From the IMG/VR virus record IMGVR_UViG_2671180673_000008: 12,303 bases of DNA. One strand, given 5' to 3'. Each line of letters starts with the position of its first letter. Positions within the stretch are counted from its first letter, which is position 1. The stretch comes from a virus (lineage: Duplodnaviria > Heunggongvirae > Uroviricota > Caudoviricetes). The notes beneath the pieces were generated by a model. That model saw only the letters and a list, made by a program, of their open reading frames with translations, was not told the DNA's origin and searched no databases. Positions 1 through 7,775 of this stretch are shown here, piece by piece. The position numbers were made by a program, and so were the translations under genes.

Positions 1-483
1 TTGCGCAAATCGGTCCAGCCGTTCAGCGTCTCTGCTGTCGGTTAGCTCAAAATCAGTGAACTGACAGGTATGAGGATCATATCCCATATGTAGTCGCCAT
101 TCAGCGCTGCCGCCCCCGGGCGCACTGATTGCTGTTCCATCGACAAGACGCAATCTCTTTCCGCTTGTACAACCCGTAACTGCGGCGCGTACAGCAAGTG
201 TTTGTGCGGCAAGTATGCCAAACCAGTCGGCGGCATTCCGCAGCCGCTTCAGGAGAGCCAAGTCAGATAATGTTGCAACGTCATGGAGCTGAGCCCATGC
301 AGTGACTTCACGTAATGACATCCCCCCGGGGCCGTAAGCCAGCCCCAGACGTAGCAGAGTTGCAGCATCACGAATTTCGCGGCGGCGGGTTAGAGCCCCG
401 GCATTACGTGCCGAAGTATCCAGTTCTTCGGGCTTACCAATATGGGCCAGAATTGCTGACCAGTTATCGTGAGAGTAATTCAT
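1..483 (-). CDS. insL: IS186 transposase (InsL-like), N-terminal 161 codons; 3' part outside window
   Basis: Hand translation from ATG at 483..481: MNYSHDNWSAILAHIGKPEELDTSARNAGALTRRREIRDAATLLRLGLAYGPGGMSLREVT..., open to position 1. Absent from the ORF track because it runs off the edge. Confidence 0.75.
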   Translation of the reverse strand, partial: MNYSHDNWSAILAHIGKPEELDTSARNAGALTRRREIRDAATLLRLGLAYGPGGMSLREVTAWAQLHDVATLSDLALLKRLRNAADWFGILAAQTLAVRAAVTGCTSGKRLRLVDGTAISAPGGGSAEWRLHMGYDPHTCQFTDFELTDSRDAERLDRFAQ

Positions 484-538
484 CGGCACGTTAAATCATA
501 TCAGGCGTAATACCACAACCCTTAAGTTAGCGCTTATG
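1..538 (-). mobile_element. IS186-like (IS4 family) insertion sequence, partial; continues beyond the left window edge
   Basis: Minus-strand reading of 484..538 gives CATAAGCGCTAACTTAAGGGTTGTGG..., which I recognise as the IS186 terminal inverted repeat, followed by the transposase start at 483. Element boundary placed at 538/539. From memory, not searched. Confidence 0.75.
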
Positions 539-574
539 GGATTTGCTCCCCGCCTTTTTTATGGATGAAATAGG

Positions 575-1072
575 ATGAACCCAATAACACTACAAATCAT
601 CAGCAATGCTATTGTTCTGCTTGGCGTTTTGGTTGCCATTGGAACCATTATCTACAATGTGCGTACCGCAAAAAAAACTCAAACGGCCAACTTTCTTTTT
701 GAGAGTCGGCAAGATATGCAATATATAGAGTCATTGCATACCCTGAAACAAGTGCATCGTTCAGGCAAATCATTTCGTTCTTATGTTTTTCCTTGTGATG
801 GTTGCATAATAACAGATGAAGAAATGGCCGAGCGTCGAAAATTTCAATATATTTTAAATTTTTACGAGCGAGTTGCTGTAAGTATTCGTGAAGGTATTTA
901 TGATGAAAAAATGATAAAAAGAACATCTTACACAACAGTTGTAGAGACATATGATATTGCCGAGCCATTAATTAAAGCAATCAGAGAAAGCATTAATTCG
1001 GATACTACATATCAAGAATTCGAATGGTTAGTAAGAAGATGGAAAGCTAATCCTTTACGGAAAAACAAATAA
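575..1072 (+). CDS. hypothetical protein, 165 aa, one N-terminal transmembrane helix plus a ~130-aa soluble domain; first gene of AT-rich cargo cassette
   Basis: ATG at 575, weak SD (GGA ~9 nt upstream). N-terminal hydrophobic stretch ITLQIISNAIVLLGVLVAIGTIIY. Markedly AT-rich compared with the gpA region. No family recognised. Confidence 0.6.
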   Translation: MNPITLQIISNAIVLLGVLVAIGTIIYNVRTAKKTQTANFLFESRQDMQYIESLHTLKQVHRSGKSFRSYVFPCDGCIITDEEMAERRKFQYILNFYERVAVSIREGIYDEKMIKRTSYTTVVETYDIAEPLIKAIRESINSDTTYQEFEWLVRRWKANPLRKNK

Positions 1073-1111
1073 TGTTTTACCCTTTAATTTACAAGTAACA
1101 CAGGGGGAAGT

Positions 1112-1954
1112 GTGACACAGAATCCGTTTTCATTTTATGACTTTTTGGGCTATCTAATTCCAGGTGGGTTATTCCTGTTTATCCTTTTTTTGTTTTCTAT
1201 TGAAATTAACCCTGTTTATATAGAAGGTATTCTTAACCATATCCTGAAATATAAAGAAATAATAAGTGTATTTATATATGTGGTATTAATCGTTCTATCA
1301 TATATTTCAGGTCACTTCATATCTATTCTATCATCCTGTTTAATTGAAAAATACATGAACAGTAAACTTGGGTATCCTTCAATTTATCTGTTTTCTAAAA
1401 GAAGCTCCCTGAAAATAAAACGACATAATACTAAGTTCAGTATAGTTAATTTTATTCGTGGAGTTTTTTTATTTCCTGTATCAGCTTTTGATAAAGCAGA
1501 ACATCATAAAACCACACTGCATTCTATACTTATTAAAGTCTTTTGGCCGCAAATACGAGATGGTTATATAAATGTTTTTTCTGTATCTACGCTATATCGA
1601 CGTAAGGGCTTGAGGGGCGATCTTTTTCGCCTTGCTTATCATTATGTGTATGAACATTCTAAAAATCATCAGGTGAAAATGCAAAACTATGTTGCTTTGT
1701 ATGGTTTTTGTAGAAACATTACATTTGTTTTTCTCGCTTCAGTCTGGTTGCTTATGTTCCTGCTCCTTCTATCCTTTTTAATAGATATAAATATCAGACT
1801 GTTACCTTTTTGTTTTCTTCTCTTGTTTTGTATTGCTGCATCCCGAGTATTTTATTATGGTTTTGTTAAGTATTATCGCCGCTATTCTCTTGAGGTTTTA
1901 ATGGCATTTGCGGTACTTCAGCACGATAAAAAAACTTCGGCAATTTCATCATGA
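1112..1954 (+). CDS. hypothetical polytopic membrane protein, 280 aa, about 4-5 predicted TM helices; second gene of cargo cassette
   Basis: GTG start at 1112 preceded by GGGGG 5 nt upstream. Several long hydrophobic segments (e.g. LGYLIPGGLFLFILFLFSI, ITFVFLASVWLLMFLLLLSFLI). Very AT-rich. 40-nt gap from upstream gene suggests an operon. Confidence 0.55.
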   Translation: MTQNPFSFYDFLGYLIPGGLFLFILFLFSIEINPVYIEGILNHILKYKEIISVFIYVVLIVLSYISGHFISILSSCLIEKYMNSKLGYPSIYLFSKRSSLKIKRHNTKFSIVNFIRGVFLFPVSAFDKAEHHKTTLHSILIKVFWPQIRDGYINVFSVSTLYRRKGLRGDLFRLAYHYVYEHSKNHQVKMQNYVALYGFCRNITFVFLASVWLLMFLLLLSFLIDINIRLLPFCFLLLFCIAASRVFYYGFVKYYRRYSLEVLMAFAVLQHDKKTSAISS

Positions 1955-1965
1955 TTTGAAACATT

Positions 1966-1988
1966 GGCACCCTGTTAGCAAGGGTGCC
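1966..1988. terminator. perfect 8-bp stem / 7-nt loop hairpin between convergent transcription units; putative bidirectional terminator
   Basis: GGCACCCT gttagca AGGGTGCC, arms exact reverse complements. Sits in the 83-bp gap between the stop of the 280-aa gene (1954) and the stop of parR (2038). No strong U-tract on either side. Confidence 0.5.
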
Positions 1989-2037
1989 AGAATGATGTGT
2001 TGGTCTGTATTTTATTAGTTCACATACAATTATCAGA

Positions 2038-2352
2038 TTATTCTGGGAATAAGGTCTGAATATTCTTTTTTATTTTATAAAAATTGCATTCAACTCCGCT
2101 AGGCTGATTATCCTGGTATGTTTCCTTGATGCTAACGGTATTGAAGGGGAGGTTGTCCTCTGGCCATTCGGCCATCCAGTAGGCAAATGCTGGGTTGCGC
2201 TTTATGAGCGCTAGCCCAGCCAGAAAGGCCGCGCGTTGCGCGCGGCTGCGTTCGGAGGCTGGCAGGCTATCGAGGTAATTGCACGCCTCCTGTTCACTCT
2301 TGACGGCGGCGGGCTTCAGATAGAAACTTATCCGTCTGGTTGGTGTCGTCAT
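2038..2352 (-). CDS. parR: ParR-like centromere-binding adaptor (plasmid R1 ParR/StbB family), 104 aa
   Basis: From internal ATG at 2352: MTTPTRRISFYLKPAAV...LDSLPASERSRAQRAAFLAGLALI resembles R1 ParR (...TIAFKLNPDV...LDSIPQGERSRLNRAALTAGLALY) as I remember it. AAGGAG 8 nt upstream. Starts 4 nt after parM stop. The 149-aa track ORF (2038..2487) overlaps parM and is taken as an over-extension. Confidence 0.7.
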   Translation of the reverse strand: MTTPTRRISFYLKPAAVKSEQEACNYLDSLPASERSRAQRAAFLAGLALIKRNPAFAYWMAEWPEDNLPFNTVSIKETYQDNQPSGVECNFYKIKKNIQTLFPE

Positions 2353-2356
2353 TGGT

Positions 2357-3316
2357 TTACTCCTTGTCCATTGCGTACAGCCCATTAACCAGAGCAAACT
2401 GTGGCACCCCGTCCGCGATGAAAGTCGCATTAACTCCGCAGACTTCGCGGATAGCGGGTGCCACAATCTCCGCCCCTCCACCGACAACCATCACCCGCCC
2501 GTAACCCGAAAAAACCGCCAGCGCGCGGATCACGCGTTGTTTCAGTGTTTCTTCCTTTTCACGAATAACCGCCATCAGGCTGGCGTAATGCGCGTCATTG
2601 TGGATGTGCTGGCGCAGCCAGGCTTCATCATGGCGATGTTCGATAATGGTATTGGCGATGTGGTGACTGGTGCGCATACCGTTAGTGGCCATCACCGACA
2701 GTACGGCATCGGCCATCAGGGAAACGCCTACGTGTGGATCGCAAAACACCTGGCTGATACCTGCCAGTTGCCCTTGAACCTTTGCCACATCCAGCGTGGT
2801 TCCGCCTAAATCCACAATCAGCAGGGATTCAAACGGACTCATGTCAGCCAGTGCTTTAAAGCCAGCCGGAATGGATTCAGGCATAACCCGCACGTTACGG
2901 ATAGTGAATGCTTCGCCGTTCTGGTATTCCACCGGGCGCATAACGTTCGCTTTTTTGCGGTTGATGTTGGCCATGTCCGGCTGTGCGTTTGTGTCGAAAT
3001 ACTCGCTCAGTGGCAGGGTGACAACCACATCCACCTCCTGTGGCGTGATGCCTGATTTGACCAGCGCGTGATGAATGGCGATTACATTCACATCGCTGTA
3101 CTGGTATTGCGTGTCGGTCGTCTGGACAAAGCGATCGCTAACCGGATCAAAACCATAGCGCACGCCATCAAGCATGTAGTTCGCGGGCTGCATGCCACCG
3201 AACGGCGCAGACCATTCCGACTTGAAGCTGTTCGGGCTGATGGCGTTGCGGCGTTCGCCATTCTCAGTCCATGCCAGCTTGATGTTGGTGGAGCCGTCGT
3301 CGATACAAATTTTCAT
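2357..3316 (-). CDS. parM: ParM/StbA-like actin-fold partition ATPase, 319 aa
   Basis: N-terminus MKICIDDGSTNIKLAW...ISPNSFKSEW...YSDVNVIAIHHAL closely matches R1 ParM (MLVFIDDGSTNIKLQW...ISPNSFKREW...YSDVNVVAVHHAL) from memory. AAGGA RBS about 9 nt upstream of ATG at 3316. Confidence 0.8.
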   Translation of the reverse strand: MKICIDDGSTNIKLAWTENGERRNAISPNSFKSEWSAPFGGMQPANYMLDGVRYGFDPVSDRFVQTTDTQYQYSDVNVIAIHHALVKSGITPQEVDVVVTLPLSEYFDTNAQPDMANINRKKANVMRPVEYQNGEAFTIRNVRVMPESIPAGFKALADMSPFESLLIVDLGGTTLDVAKVQGQLAGISQVFCDPHVGVSLMADAVLSVMATNGMRTSHHIANTIIEHRHDEAWLRQHIHNDAHYASLMAVIREKEETLKQRVIRALAVFSGYGRVMVVGGGAEIVAPAIREVCGVNATFIADGVPQFALVNGLYAMDKE

Positions 3317-3345
3317 GTCGCTTTTCCTTATGTTGATTAATTAAT

Positions 3346-3386
3346 CGTTTACGGGATTCTGAAATCCCGTTTTTGCCTGTTTTGTG
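3346..3386. repeat. hairpin-repeat copy 1, intergenic between gpA and parM; candidate parC-like centromere/operator or + strand terminator
   Basis: cgTTTACGGGATTctgaAATCCCGTTTTTGCCTGTTTTGTg. Contains perfect inverted repeat ACGGGATT/AATCCCGT followed by a T-rich tract on the + strand. Confidence 0.6.
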
Positions 3387-3392
3387 CGCGCT

Positions 3393-6215
3393 TCATATAT
3401 CGCTGCGCGTTTTTTGCTCATTTACGGGATTCGTAAGTCCCGTTTCTGTCTGTTTTTTGTTTCCACTGGTCAGGCCACCCCGCAGCAGGTCTGCTTTGCG
3501 GCTGGCGCGTTCAGTGGTTTCACTGATTCTCTGTGCGTGCTCTGCGTCGCGGATGGCGCGCAGCATGTCAGAAAGCACGGTAACGGGTGTTTTCATGGTG
3601 TTCTGGCCCTGCTGAAGTGTGGATGCCAGGCGTGCGGCGGCTTCAGGGTCTGATGCCCCCAGCTGTGCCAGATAGCTGGCGACCGGGTTATGGCGGATCT
3701 CCGTGCTGCTTACGCCATGATTACGGCTCAGGCGCTGCCAGAGCTGCGTGATTCGGCTGTCCGGGCGGGTATCCGGTTTGCGTACAATTTCAAATCCCTG
3801 CGGTGCAATGATGCTGCCGTCAACGTACAGACTGCCGCCCCGTAACAGGTGCTGCATCTGTTGTTCACCGATATGCAGGCCGAGAGATTCAGCAGACTCC
3901 CGCCATTCTTTAGCGAGTAATTCGTGGTTATCAGGCAAAGGCCGCTGCTGTTTGCGGCTCTGTGTCCAGCTCTGCATTTCATCGCTGCTGTTTTTTGCCT
4001 GTTTGTCACGAAGCGAACGCATCAGCGCCCGGCGTTCGTGTCGTTTCAGTGAGCGCATCCATTCGTTCACTTCAACGCCGTCAGGGAGCTGCGGCCACGG
4101 TGCTGGCCGTTCTTCCGGCTGTTCTGTCCCGTTGTTGTCCGTTTCCTGTACACGGGGACAGTTATTGCCACGAGTCCAAGGGGCGGCAGGGCCGCCCTGA
4201 AGGTCAAAACCATTTTCGCGGGCGCTGTCTTCCGCTTCCGGTTTACGTCTTACCAGCTTCCAGTTATCCGGATGCGTGCACACACGGGAGGATTCCCCGA
4301 TGAGTGGTGACCAGATCCCGTAAATCTGTACGCTCTGTTCGCCGTAATCGTTCAGCTCATCTGCGAGGTCGTAGGCGGTGCGAATCAGGTAGTCCTTGCG
4401 TGGAACAAGCACGCCACCCTGTTTTTCAATGTAGGTGGCAAAACACCCGGCATCGGCGGCAGCGAGTACCGCATCCATTGCATCATCTTTCAGCCGTTGC
4501 GGGCCTTCCGGATTGCGTGCCATCTGGCTGGCAAGGCGGCGCAGTTCACGCCACACCTGACGGGAGGGGATGCCAAAGAACTGGAACTGACGGACCCGGT
4601 GAAGGCGCGCCCAGCCGATGGCGCGCTCCACGCTCTCGGCCATTGATTTTCCGGTTTCGTGGTCCACGCGTGGCTTGCCCGTTTTCGGGTCGATGCCATC
4701 CACGGCGCGGCTGTCCAGGTTCTTTCCGATGTAGGTGGCGATGTAGCTGGTTGGCGTGCCTTTTGAGCCGTCGACATACTCCACCTTAAAGCGCGGAGTA
4801 ATATCATTGCCCAGCTCGTGGCGGTCTTCCTGAATGGCAATATCGCGGGTATGGGACACAATGGTGTCGATTTCTTCCGGATGTGCAAAGACCATCATAT
4901 GCCAGTGCACGGTGCCGTCATGATGAGGCTCCACCGTGCGGATGCCATACCAGCGCAGGCCGTCGCGGTTCAGTTTTTTGCGGACCGCCGCAAAAAACGT
5001 GTTAACCAGGTAATCGCTGGAGTCGCGCATTGTGGCCCCGTTCCATTTGGGATTCGGATGACCGTTCTCCGTTGTGGCGTGGTATTTTGACGGGCAGGTG
5101 ACAGTCAGAAACACCGCTTTGTCGCCACGGGCTTCGGCCAGAAGTTCCAGTCCCTTCATGGTGGCCATCATTTCTGCCTTACGGTGAACCGGGTTACTTA
5201 CTCCCGCGTAATACACTGTCTCGAGATCAATCGTGAACCCGTCTTCATTTTCCAGCATGAAACTTTTCAGGAAATCGCGTGTTTTCTCGCGCTGTGCGCG
5301 AAACTCGCTTAACGCGTCCTGGCTCAGATAGGGTGATGTTTTTCTGGAAACCAGACAGGCGGCGCGGAGTTGTTCTTCTCTCCACTCGCAACGTAACAGC
5401 CACAGTTTGCGTTTCCACCATTCCGCACAGGTCAGGCGAAGGATTGCGCCCGGCAGCAGCTCCGTGTCCGGTTCGTTCCTCCGGTCTTTGTCTGTTGTCA
5501 GTGCGTCATAATGTGGAGGCATGGCGTGCAGGTGTAACGCCATGCGGGCCAGCATCTGATACGCCTTCAGGGTTACATCCATGGTCAGCTCGCCATCGGT
5601 CGCGCCAAAGCCATCGCAGAGTTTTTCGAAGGTGCTGCTGAACATCGCCGCCGTCATGGTGGCCAGCGTCTGTATCTGGTGTTTGTTGAGCTGCGGCAGG
5701 TAAAGCAAATCGTCCAGGCGTTCGCGTCCGGCAAGGGAGCGATAACCCGGTGTCAGCCAGCGTCCGTCAGTGCTATCCAGACGTTCGAATATTTTGCGCA
5801 GGGTTCCGCGTGCATAGCGTTCCGCCTGCCAGCTCTTTTTGCCTTTCCGGCGATCGGCTTCCTGTTTTTTGCGCAGGAAGGAGAGGTGGCGAATAAGCGG
5901 ATCGCGCAGATAGGACGGCAGCAGGCGCAGCGAGGCCATGGCTTCATCCACCGCGCCACGTGCCTGTTTTCTGGCGTCTCCTGCCAGTGTGATGGTTTTG
6001 TCCTGTTTTTCCTGTGCGTCCAGGCTTTTATTAATCAGGTTGCCCAGCGGCGTGGCTGAGAACGCCGCATCAGCCATTTCCTGGCGGCGCTCGTTCTCTG
6101 CCCGGTAGGCATCCAGCCAGGAGGAAAGCGCGGATTCAGGAGCGGGGATCCCCGTTCCTTCACGCCCCACTGCGTGGCGCGGTTGTTGCCAGTCCCTGAG
6201 GTACTCTGCCGTCAT
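3393..6215 (-). CDS. rolling-circle replication initiation endonuclease, phage P2 gpA family, 940 aa
   Basis: Conserved blocks recalled from P2 A: LTVTCPSKYH, TVEPHHDGTVHWHMMVF (HUH metal-binding motif) and TSYIATYIGKN (paired catalytic tyrosines). ATG at 6215 lies 6 nt after the stop of the upstream ORF. Confidence 0.85.
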   Translation of the reverse strand: MTAEYLRDWQQPRHAVGREGTGIPAPESALSSWLDAYRAENERRQEMADAAFSATPLGNLINKSLDAQEKQDKTITLAGDARKQARGAVDEAMASLRLLPSYLRDPLIRHLSFLRKKQEADRRKGKKSWQAERYARGTLRKIFERLDSTDGRWLTPGYRSLAGRERLDDLLYLPQLNKHQIQTLATMTAAMFSSTFEKLCDGFGATDGELTMDVTLKAYQMLARMALHLHAMPPHYDALTTDKDRRNEPDTELLPGAILRLTCAEWWKRKLWLLRCEWREEQLRAACLVSRKTSPYLSQDALSEFRAQREKTRDFLKSFMLENEDGFTIDLETVYYAGVSNPVHRKAEMMATMKGLELLAEARGDKAVFLTVTCPSKYHATTENGHPNPKWNGATMRDSSDYLVNTFFAAVRKKLNRDGLRWYGIRTVEPHHDGTVHWHMMVFAHPEEIDTIVSHTRDIAIQEDRHELGNDITPRFKVEYVDGSKGTPTSYIATYIGKNLDSRAVDGIDPKTGKPRVDHETGKSMAESVERAIGWARLHRVRQFQFFGIPSRQVWRELRRLASQMARNPEGPQRLKDDAMDAVLAAADAGCFATYIEKQGGVLVPRKDYLIRTAYDLADELNDYGEQSVQIYGIWSPLIGESSRVCTHPDNWKLVRRKPEAEDSARENGFDLQGGPAAPWTRGNNCPRVQETDNNGTEQPEERPAPWPQLPDGVEVNEWMRSLKRHERRALMRSLRDKQAKNSSDEMQSWTQSRKQQRPLPDNHELLAKEWRESAESLGLHIGEQQMQHLLRGGSLYVDGSIIAPQGFEIVRKPDTRPDSRITQLWQRLSRNHGVSSTEIRHNPVASYLAQLGASDPEAAARLASTLQQGQNTMKTPVTVLSDMLRAIRDAEHAQRISETTERASRKADLLRGGLTSGNKKQTETGLTNPVNEQKTRSDI
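3418..3460. repeat. hairpin-repeat copy 2, inside the last ~22 codons of gpA
   Basis: TTTACGGGATTCGTAAGTCCCGTTTCTGTCTGTTTTTTGT. Imperfect direct repeat of copy 1, about 73 bp away, with inverted repeat ACGGGA/TCCCGT and a T-tract. Confidence 0.6.
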
Positions 6216-6221
6216 AGTGAT

Positions 6222-6587
6222 TTACTTCGTCATGCCATTCAGGGTGTCGCGGCAGACTGTAGCCAGCCGCTGAATTTCCAGCACGGTGTCTTCTGTGTCG
6301 GCATGGCGATGTGTGATGCGGATGCTGTCGGCAATCACATCGACGATTGCAGAGGATGGGCGCTGGTAAATGCCAATAACGGACGGGGTGCCACCTTCAA
6401 TGCGGTAAAGCCTGTAATTTCCCTCGTGGCTGTCAATCATGTAGCGACCATCAATAACAATCTTTCCGTCAGCGAGCTGCGGTACAGGCAGGGATTTCAG
6501 GTACATGTCATAACGATCACGCACGCGAGCGGCAAGATCACGTTCTGTATTGAGCAGGTATTCAAGAAAGTCGTTGGCGAGAATCAT
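6222..6587 (-). CDS. hypothetical early protein, 121 aa, immediately upstream of gpA
   Basis: ATG at 6587 with AGAGGA about 9 nt upstream. Stop 6 nt before gpA start. No family recognised. Confidence 0.6.
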   Translation of the reverse strand: MILANDFLEYLLNTERDLAARVRDRYDMYLKSLPVPQLADGKIVIDGRYMIDSHEGNYRLYRIEGGTPSVIGIYQRPSSAIVDVIADSIRITHRHADTEDTVLEIQRLATVCRDTLNGMTK

Positions 6588-6659
6588 TGCGGCAATCCTC
6601 TTGTTACAGATGTGCGAAGGCCTCCCGCCGCAAGGTGCAGGAAAGGCCCGGAACAGGAA

Positions 6660-6890
6660 TTAATGGAGTTTGTTTTGCTGCTGGATGAGCTGTTGAAGCT
6701 CGTGCAGATCATCCGCCAGATAGCTGAAAACAGAGGCGGAATAAATGTTTGATAGTGCGTGGCTGCGCTCATGCAGCATATTGATGTGCATGATTTGCGC
6801 GACGCGTGATGCGCGGGAAAGTCTGCGGTTGATTTCAGTCTGGATGTGACGACGCTCCGCGATAGCGCGGTGCTGTTTGCGGTTTGCCAT
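6660..6890 (-). CDS. hypothetical small basic protein, 76 aa, possibly DNA-binding
   Basis: ATG at 6890 with GGGG about 9 nt upstream. Arg/Lys-rich N-terminus (RKQHRAIAERRHIQTEINRRLSRASR). First ORF after the structured non-coding island. Confidence 0.5.
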   Translation of the reverse strand: MANRKQHRAIAERRHIQTEINRRLSRASRVAQIMHINMLHERSHALSNIYSASVFSYLADDLHELQQLIQQQNKLH

Positions 6891-7069
6891 GGTGTGGCCC
6901 CTTGTGTAGTAAGTTGTGAAAACTCACCATCCAGAGCTGCGAAACTGTGGGTGGCGAGACGTACGAGGTTCGCAGTACCGGCTACACAAGAACCCGGCCC
7001 GACCGAAGTCGGCCCCGTACGCCCCGCCATAATTCTGACGCGAAAAAAACGTGGCAATACAGTACGCAC

Positions 7070-7090
7070 AAAAAAACCGCTGGCGCGGTT
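7070..7090 (-). terminator. intrinsic terminator on the - strand inside the early gene string
   Basis: Minus-strand reading AACCGC gcca GCGGTT followed by TTTTTTT (+ strand AAAAAAACCGCTGGCGCGGTT). 6-bp GC-rich stem, 4-nt loop, 7-U tract. Confidence 0.6.
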
Positions 7091-7212
7091 GTGCGCTTGT
7101 GTAGTCAGCAGGCTGCGAAACCCGGCACCCGTTTTATGAGGTGCAGCGGAAATGTAACCTGACTGATTGCGGCATGGCAAGCGGTTTTTTTGTGTGTGCA
7201 TGCTCTGGTTTC

Positions 7213-7512
7213 TTACTGGTTCAGAAAAAAATCAAAAACCTTGTCAATACGTTGCAGCAGCTCTTGCTGTATTGCTTCCGGCGTTTCCGGTTCGCCTGGC
7301 ACCTCCAATGTCGCGCAGAAATCAGCGATTTCATGATGGAGCGTCAGGCGAATGGCAGGAGCCGTGGTTCTGGCGTGCTCCAGCTCATTCAGCAGTGCCA
7401 GCACAGCAGACGGCGAGAGCATTGCGCGAAATGCCAGTAATTTTTGAGGCGTTGCCATTCGTTGCAGGGCAAATGCCAGTTCGCGTAGCTTCTGGTGGTT
7501 GATGGTGCTCAT
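7213..7512 (-). CDS. hypothetical early protein, 99 aa
   Basis: ATG at 7512 overlaps the upstream stop as ATGA (translational coupling). Ends just before the non-coding island. Confidence 0.55.
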   Translation of the reverse strand: MSTINHQKLRELAFALQRMATPQKLLAFRAMLSPSAVLALLNELEHARTTAPAIRLTLHHEIADFCATLEVPGEPETPEAIQQELLQRIDKVFDFFLNQ

Positions 7513-7775
7513 GCTCTGGCTTCCTTCAGTAGCTGGTTAAACATGTGAGTAAGTGGATTGCTACACCCGAACGGCATCGGGTTTACGTGGTAAGAAGCCT
7601 GGCCTCCAGTTTTGCGAGCGCGACCACCTGTGCTGCGGTTTGTTCTGATGACTAAGCCGCCGCGCCAAAGTTGGCGTAACTCAGCATTAATGGCTGTGGT
7701 TGGAGTATTCAGTGCTGCGGCGATCTCTCCGCCGCTACACCCCGGATGAGTAGCGATGTAGTCCAGAATGGTCAT
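7509..7775 (-). CDS. hypothetical early protein, 88 aa
   Basis: ATG at 7775 overlaps the upstream stop as ATGA. No family recognised. Confidence 0.5.
   Translation of the reverse strand: MTILDYIATHPGCSGGEIAAALNTPTTAINAELRQLWRGGLVIRTNRSTGGRARKTGGQASYHVNPMPFGCSNPLTHMFNQLLKEARA

Noticed and set aside
42-236. 64-aa - strand ORF inside the IS
   Set aside because: It is in an alternative frame within the transposase gene, whose true frame runs 483..1 and off the window edge.
2537-3340. + strand ORFs antisense to parM (2537..2809, 2796..3071, 3068..3340)
   Set aside because: They overlap the ParM coding region on the opposite strand; ParM homology is strong, so these are shadow ORFs.
3748-6059. 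Multiple + strand ORFs of 90-161 aa (e.g. 3748..4200, 3962..4303, 4304..4789, 4818..5090, 5279..5641, 5679..6059)
   Set aside because: All lie antisense within the well-supported gpA gene, are Arg/Cys/Ser-rich as expected for the reverse frame of GC-rich coding DNA, and lack RBSs.
7170-7190. Possible + strand terminator (GCGGCATGGCAAGCGG followed by T7)
   Set aside because: The T-tract is preceded by only a weak 4-bp stem (TTGC/GCAA), and no + strand gene lies upstream.
6584-7201. 205-aa - strand ORF
   Set aside because: Spans the repeat-rich non-coding island and overlaps the better-supported 76-aa gene in another frame. Low-complexity composition, no RBS.
6891-7212. Possible retron ncRNA (msr/msd) in the structured non-coding island
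   Set aside because: No reverse transcriptase gene is adjacent or anywhere in the window, and the repeats are not arranged as the flanking inverted repeats of a retron.
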